A DNA stretch of 63,460 nt, counting the filler, from Actinomycetota bacterium (GTDB taxonomy: Bacteria > Actinomycetota > CADDZG01 > JAHWKV01 > JAOPZY01), in the NCBI GenBank assembly GCA_025963875.1. It is 8 parts of 8 records of this genome, joined end to end, with 100 filler letters (N's around TTAATTAATTAA, not from the genome) between each part and the next. Parts side by side here need not be neighbours in the genome. Positions count along the whole stretch, not along the records: positions 57,117 to 63,460 come from JAOPZY010000195.1; 7 more parts are not named here. One strand, given 5' to 3'. The notes below the pieces were generated by a model. The model was not told the origin of the DNA. It did no database searches and saw only the letters and a list, made by a program, of their open reading frames with translations. Positions 59,358 through 63,460 of this stretch are shown one piece after another; position 1 is the stretch's first letter; each line of letters starts with the position of its first letter. The position numbers and the translations under genes are program-made.

Positions 59358-60005
59358 GTGGGGATCACGGCGCCGGGGTGGACAACCGATACCGCCGCGG
59401 CCTGGGTCCGTGCGTGTGCCCGGGTGATCGCCGCCAACCGCAACTACCTGACCGCGCTCGACGCCGCCATCGGCGACGCCGACCATGGGACCAACATGGA
59501 CCGCGGGTTCGCGGCGGCGGTCGAGAAGCTGGACGAGACGCCGACCGGCACCGAGCCCAGCGCCGTCCTCCGGCTGACGGGCATGGCGCTTCTCTCCACA
59601 ATCGGCGGGGCGTCCGGCCCGTTGTACGGCACCTTCTTCGTGCGGATGAGCAAGGCGTGCGAGTCCAAGGCGGAGCTCGGCCTCGGCGACTGGGCCGAGG
59701 CCCTGGACGCCGGGGTCGAGGGGGTCGTCTTCCGAGGCCGCGCCGAGGCCGGCGACAAGACGATGGTCGACGCCCTGCTCCCGGCCCGGGACGCCCTCCG
59801 GGCGGCCGCCAAGGACGGGCTGGAGCTGGCCGCGGGCCTTGCCGCCGCGGCAGCTGCGGCCGAGGAGGGCATGCGGGCTACGACGCCCATGGTGGCGAAG
59901 AAGGGCCGCGCCAGCTACCTGGGCGACCGCAGCGCCGGGAACCAGGATCCGGGCGCCACCTCCGCCTACCTGCTGCTGAAGGCAGCAGCCGACGTCTGGG
60001 GATAG
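59358..60005 (+). CDS. dhaL: Dihydroxyacetone kinase subunit L
   Basis: [36 protein letters not shown]. Confidence 0.93.
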   Translation: MGITAPGWTTDTAAAWVRACARVIAANRNYLTALDAAIGDADHGTNMDRGFAAAVEKLDETPTGTEPSAVLRLTGMALLSTIGGASGPLYGTFFVRMSKACESKAELGLGDWAEALDAGVEGVVFRGRAEAGDKTMVDALLPARDALRAAAKDGLELAAGLAAAAAAAEEGMRATTPMVAKKGRASYLGDRSAGNQDPGATSAYLLLKAAADVWG

Positions 60006-60007
60006 CA

Positions 60008-61507
60008 CTGGGACCGTACGTGGGCGCCCTCGACCAGGGCACGACCAGCAGCCGGTTCATGGTCTTCGACCGGGAGGGCCGGGTGGTGGCGGCGGAGCAG
60101 CGCCCCCACGAGCAGATCTTTCCTTCACCTGGATGGGTCGAGCACGATCCCATCGAGATCTGGCGCCGCTGCCGTGAGGTCATCGCCGGCGCCCTCGAGA
60201 AGGCGGGGCTCCGGCCCTCCGACCTCGCGGCCCTCGGGGTGGCGAACCAGCGGGAAACCATCGTGGTTTGGGACCGGGACACGGGGGCCCCGCTGTGCAA
60301 CGCCATCGTGTGGCAGGACACCCGGACCCGTGCGATCTGCGAGGACCTCATCGCCGGGGACGACGCTGGCATCGACCGCTTCCGGGCGTTGACGGGGCTG
60401 CCCGTCGCCACCTACTTCTCCGGGCCGAAGCTGCAGTGGGTGCTCGACGATCTCGACCTGCGGATGCACGCCGCCCGGGGCGAGGTGCTGTTCGGCACCA
60501 TGGACACCTGGCTGATCTGGAACCTCACCGGGGGCCCCGACGGAGGGGTCCACGTCACCGACGTGACGAACGCCAGCCGCACCCTGCTCATGGACCTCAC
60601 CTCGCTGGAGTGGGACGCGGAGATGCTGGGCCGCTTCTCGATCCCCAAAGCGATGCTGCCGGAGATCCGGTCCTCCTCGGAGGTCTACGGGACGGCCACC
60701 GGTGTCCTTCCCGGGGTACCGGTGGCCGGCGCCCTCGGGGACCAGCAGGCTGCCCTCTTCGGTCAGTGCTGCTTCGACGAGGGCGACGCCAAGAACACCT
60801 ACGGGACCGGGTGCTTCCTCCTCGTCAACACCGGCGGGCGCCGCGTCGCCTCCTCCTCGGGGCTCATCACGACCGCCGGGTACAGGATCGGCCACGCCCC
60901 GGCGGTCTACTGCCTCGAGGGATCGGTGGCCATGGCCGGCGCCGTCGTGCAGTGGCTGCGAGACAACCTCGGGATCATCGCAAGCTCCGCCGAGGTGGAG
61001 GCGCTGGCGGCCAGCGTCCCCGACAACGGGGGGGCCTACCTCGTGCCGGCGTTCTCGGGCCTCTTCGCCCCGTACTGGCGCAGCGACGCCCGGGGCGTCA
61101 TCGCCGGCCTGACCCGCTCCGTCCACCGCGGCCACCTCGCCCGGGCAGCGCTGGAGGCGACGGCGTTCCAGACCCGGGAGGTGGTCGACGCCATGGCCGC
61201 CGACACGGGCACCACGCTGGGAAGCCTGCGGGTCGACGGGGGCATGGTGGGCAACGGGCTCCTGATGCAGTTCCAGGCGGACCTGCTGGCCGTCCCCGTC
61301 GTCAGGCCCACGGTGGCCGAGACGACGTCGCTGGGCGCCGCGTTCGCCGCGGGCCTGGCGGTGGGGTACTGGGGCTCCCTCGCCGAACTGCGGCGGTGCT
61401 GGACGGAGGACCGCCGCTGGGAGCCGGCGATGCCGTCCCAGGAACGGGACCGGCTGGTGGCCGAGTGGAAGAAGGCGGTCACCCGAAGTTTCGACTGGGT
61501 TTCGTAG
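60008..61507 (+). CDS. glpK: Glycerol kinase (start codon unclear)
   Basis: [32 protein letters not shown]. Confidence 0.95.
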   Translation: MGPYVGALDQGTTSSRFMVFDREGRVVAAEQRPHEQIFPSPGWVEHDPIEIWRRCREVIAGALEKAGLRPSDLAALGVANQRETIVVWDRDTGAPLCNAIVWQDTRTRAICEDLIAGDDAGIDRFRALTGLPVATYFSGPKLQWVLDDLDLRMHAARGEVLFGTMDTWLIWNLTGGPDGGVHVTDVTNASRTLLMDLTSLEWDAEMLGRFSIPKAMLPEIRSSSEVYGTATGVLPGVPVAGALGDQQAALFGQCCFDEGDAKNTYGTGCFLLVNTGGRRVASSSGLITTAGYRIGHAPAVYCLEGSVAMAGAVVQWLRDNLGIIASSAEVEALAASVPDNGGAYLVPAFSGLFAPYWRSDARGVIAGLTRSVHRGHLARAALEATAFQTREVVDAMAADTGTTLGSLRVDGGMVGNGLLMQFQADLLAVPVVRPTVAETTSLGAAFAAGLAVGYWGSLAELRRCWTEDRRWEPAMPSQERDRLVAEWKKAVTRSFDWVS

Positions 61508-61511
61508 CGAG

Positions 61512-62645
61512 ATGAAGACCGATGTGCTCGTCGTCGGGGGCGGGGCGACGGGGGCCGGCGTGGCGAGGGACGCGGCGATGCGCGGCTTTTCCACCGTGCT
61601 GGTCGAGCGGGGGGTGCTTGCCTCCGGGACGACGGCCAAGTTCCACGGGCAGCTCCACTCGGGCGCCCGCTATGTCGTGCGGGATCCCACGTCGGCCCGG
61701 GAATGCGTGAGCGAGTCGGCGATCCTGCGGCGGATCGCGCCCGGATACGTGGATGACACCGGCGGGGTGTTCGTGCTCCTGCCCGGCGACGACTCCAGCT
61801 ATCCCGACCGCTTTCTCCCGGCGTGCCGGGCGGTGGGGGTGGCGGTCGAGGAGCTGGACCCGGCCCTGGTGATGCGTCAGGAACCCGGCCTGGCGAGGGA
61901 CGTGGTCCGGGCGTTCGCCGTTCCCGATGGCGCGCTCGATGCGGTGGGTCTGGTGAGGGCCTGCGCGGCTTCGGCGGCCGCGTCGGGGGCGCGCATCCTG
62001 ACGGAACGCCCGCTGACCGGGCTGCACGTGGACGCGGGCCGGGTCGTGGGGGGCAGGTTGGAGGACGGCACGAGCGTCGAGGCGGAGGTCGTCGTCAATG
62101 CAGCGGGGGCGTGGGCGGGGAGGGTGGCCGCCATGGCGGGGTGCCGGGTCCCTGCTCGGCTGAGCAAGGGCGTCATGGTGGCGGTGCCCGTTCGCCTTGT
62201 CCACGTGGTGGTCAGCCGGTGCCGGCTCCCGGCGCACGGGGACATCCTGGTGCCGCTCGGGGCCTCCACGATCATGGGCACGACCGATACCCCGGTCGGC
62301 GATCCCGACGACGCGGTGGCGGATGGTGCCGCCGTCCGGGCGATGGCGGCGGCGGGCGACGAACTGGTCCCCGGCTTCTCGTCGGCGGGACCGGTTCGGG
62401 CGTGGGCGGCGGTGCGGCCCCTTGTGGGCGTCGGGGCTTCGGAGCCCGGCGGCCGGCAGGTGAGCCGTTCGCACCGGGTCATCGACCACGGCGAGCACGA
62501 TGGGGTCGCGGGCCTCATCACCGTCACCGGGGGCAAGGCGACAACGTTCCGGCTCATGGCCGAGGAGGCGGTGGACGCGGTCTGCGCCGCTCTTGGGTCG
62601 CCCAGGCCGTGCCGGACTGCCCTGGAGGAGCTGCCCGGCCGGTGA
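61512..62645 (+). CDS. FAD-dependent glycerol-3-phosphate dehydrogenase (GlpA/GlpD-like, short)
   Basis: GGGATG, HSGARY, VNAAGAW, GGKATTFR.MAE. Confidence 0.82.
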   Translation: MKTDVLVVGGGATGAGVARDAAMRGFSTVLVERGVLASGTTAKFHGQLHSGARYVVRDPTSARECVSESAILRRIAPGYVDDTGGVFVLLPGDDSSYPDRFLPACRAVGVAVEELDPALVMRQEPGLARDVVRAFAVPDGALDAVGLVRACAASAAASGARILTERPLTGLHVDAGRVVGGRLEDGTSVEAEVVVNAAGAWAGRVAAMAGCRVPARLSKGVMVAVPVRLVHVVVSRCRLPAHGDILVPLGASTIMGTTDTPVGDPDDAVADGAAVRAMAAAGDELVPGFSSAGPVRAWAAVRPLVGVGASEPGGRQVSRSHRVIDHGEHDGVAGLITVTGGKATTFRLMAEEAVDAVCAALGSPRPCRTALEELPGR

Positions 62646-62691
62646 AAGTCCGGAACTTTTCGCGTGGATGCACGCGTTTTTTTCCGGACTT
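62646..62691. repeat. REP-like interrupted palindrome, family B copy 2
   Basis: aagtccggaa-ctttt-cgcgtg-gatg-cacgcg-ttttt-ttccggactt. Confidence 0.65.
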
Positions 62692-62738
62692 CCGAAACGC
62701 CCCGCTTCCTGTCGGTACCCATCCTCATACTGGGGCAT

Positions 62739-63460
62739 ATGAACGATGCACTAATGGATCTTGCCGCATCACAACATGGTCTAATCGCTCGGCACCAAGC
62801 ACTTGGTGGGGGCGGCCTGTCGGCTGGCCAGTGGGGCTGGCTGGCGAAGAGCGACGACTGGGAGCGGGTGCATGCAGGAGTGTTCCGCCGGGTCGGGGCG
62901 CCCCAGACATGGGAGCAGGCGCTCATGGCGGGATGCCTCGCAGTGGACGGCATCGCCTCCCATCGCGCGGCAGGGACGCTCTGGCAGTTGCCGCAGATTG
63001 AGCGCAGGCTTGAGATTGTCATCCCGGCGAGGCGACGAGCGACCCTCAAGGGCTTCGACGTTCATCGCATCTCCTCTTTGCAGCCCGTCGACCGCACCCA
63101 TCGCAGTGGGATCCCGGTCACGTCGCTCGCCCGGACGGTCATCGACGTCTCGCTGGAGGTGCCCCGCCTGGCCCCCGTCATCGTGAACCACGTGCTGGCC
63201 GCACGGGGGGTGCCGCTCGAACTCCTCTTCAACTCTTACCCGGCGCCTTGAGGGGCGCCTCGGGCGGCTGAAGGCGCAGGGGACTCGCGGTCGTGACGGT
63301 GCGGCGGGCCTGCTCGAGATGCTGGAGGAGCGCCGGGGCCGCAAGCGGCATGTGGACAGCGAATTCCAGCGTCAGTTGGAGCAGATCGCCCTGGACGGCT
63401 ACAAGGCCGGGCTCCTTCCCGAGCCGTTCTTCGAGTACCCGGTCCAGCTGGCCAACGGGC
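62739..63460 (+). pseudogene. AbiEi/DUF559-type actinobacterial protein disrupted by a 31-bp insertion
   Basis: LAASQHGLI, W.RVHAGVF, ASHRAA..LW, IPVTSLARTVID; after the insertion a shifted frame continues RLKAQGTRGR...DSEFQ...LPEP..EY. Confidence 0.75.
63234..63264. repeat. 30/31-bp palindromic element, copy 2
   Basis: tcttacccggcgccttgaggggcgcctcggg; removing it restores LFNRLKAQG. Confidence 0.8.

Overview
High-GC actinobacterial-type draft/MAG sequence made of eight contigs joined by 100-nt N/TTAATTAATTAA spacers, so adjacency across spacers means nothing. Contents: a CtpH/CtpI-type giant P-type ATPase locus with NRAMP and Tad pilus genes; hydantoinase and GT39; the tail of an NRPS cluster (terminal T-E, MbtH, MFS, PPTase, PBP-like serine hydrolase); an exosortase/glycosylation operon with a candidate sorted substrate; two tandem secreted Cys-containing peptides next to an FHA/Ser-Thr kinase module; trpS-scpAB-rluB; an ABC transporter with a cyanuric acid hydrolase; msrB-msrA; aroA-cmk-der-tRNA-Pro; a crcB pair; dhaKL-glpK-G3P dehydrogenase; and a disrupted AbiEi/DUF559-like gene. 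The strongest novel signal is two adjacent genes that the ORF track misses or truncates, each with an in-frame TGA at a conserved Cys position followed by a SECIS-like hairpin: a Sec-MsrA (45326-45805) and a small DUF1059-like metal-binding protein (45875-46042), a candidate new selenoprotein. A 30-bp palindromic element found inside two unrelated genes and several REP-like hairpin families are also visible. All family assignments come from motif recognition; no database searches were run.
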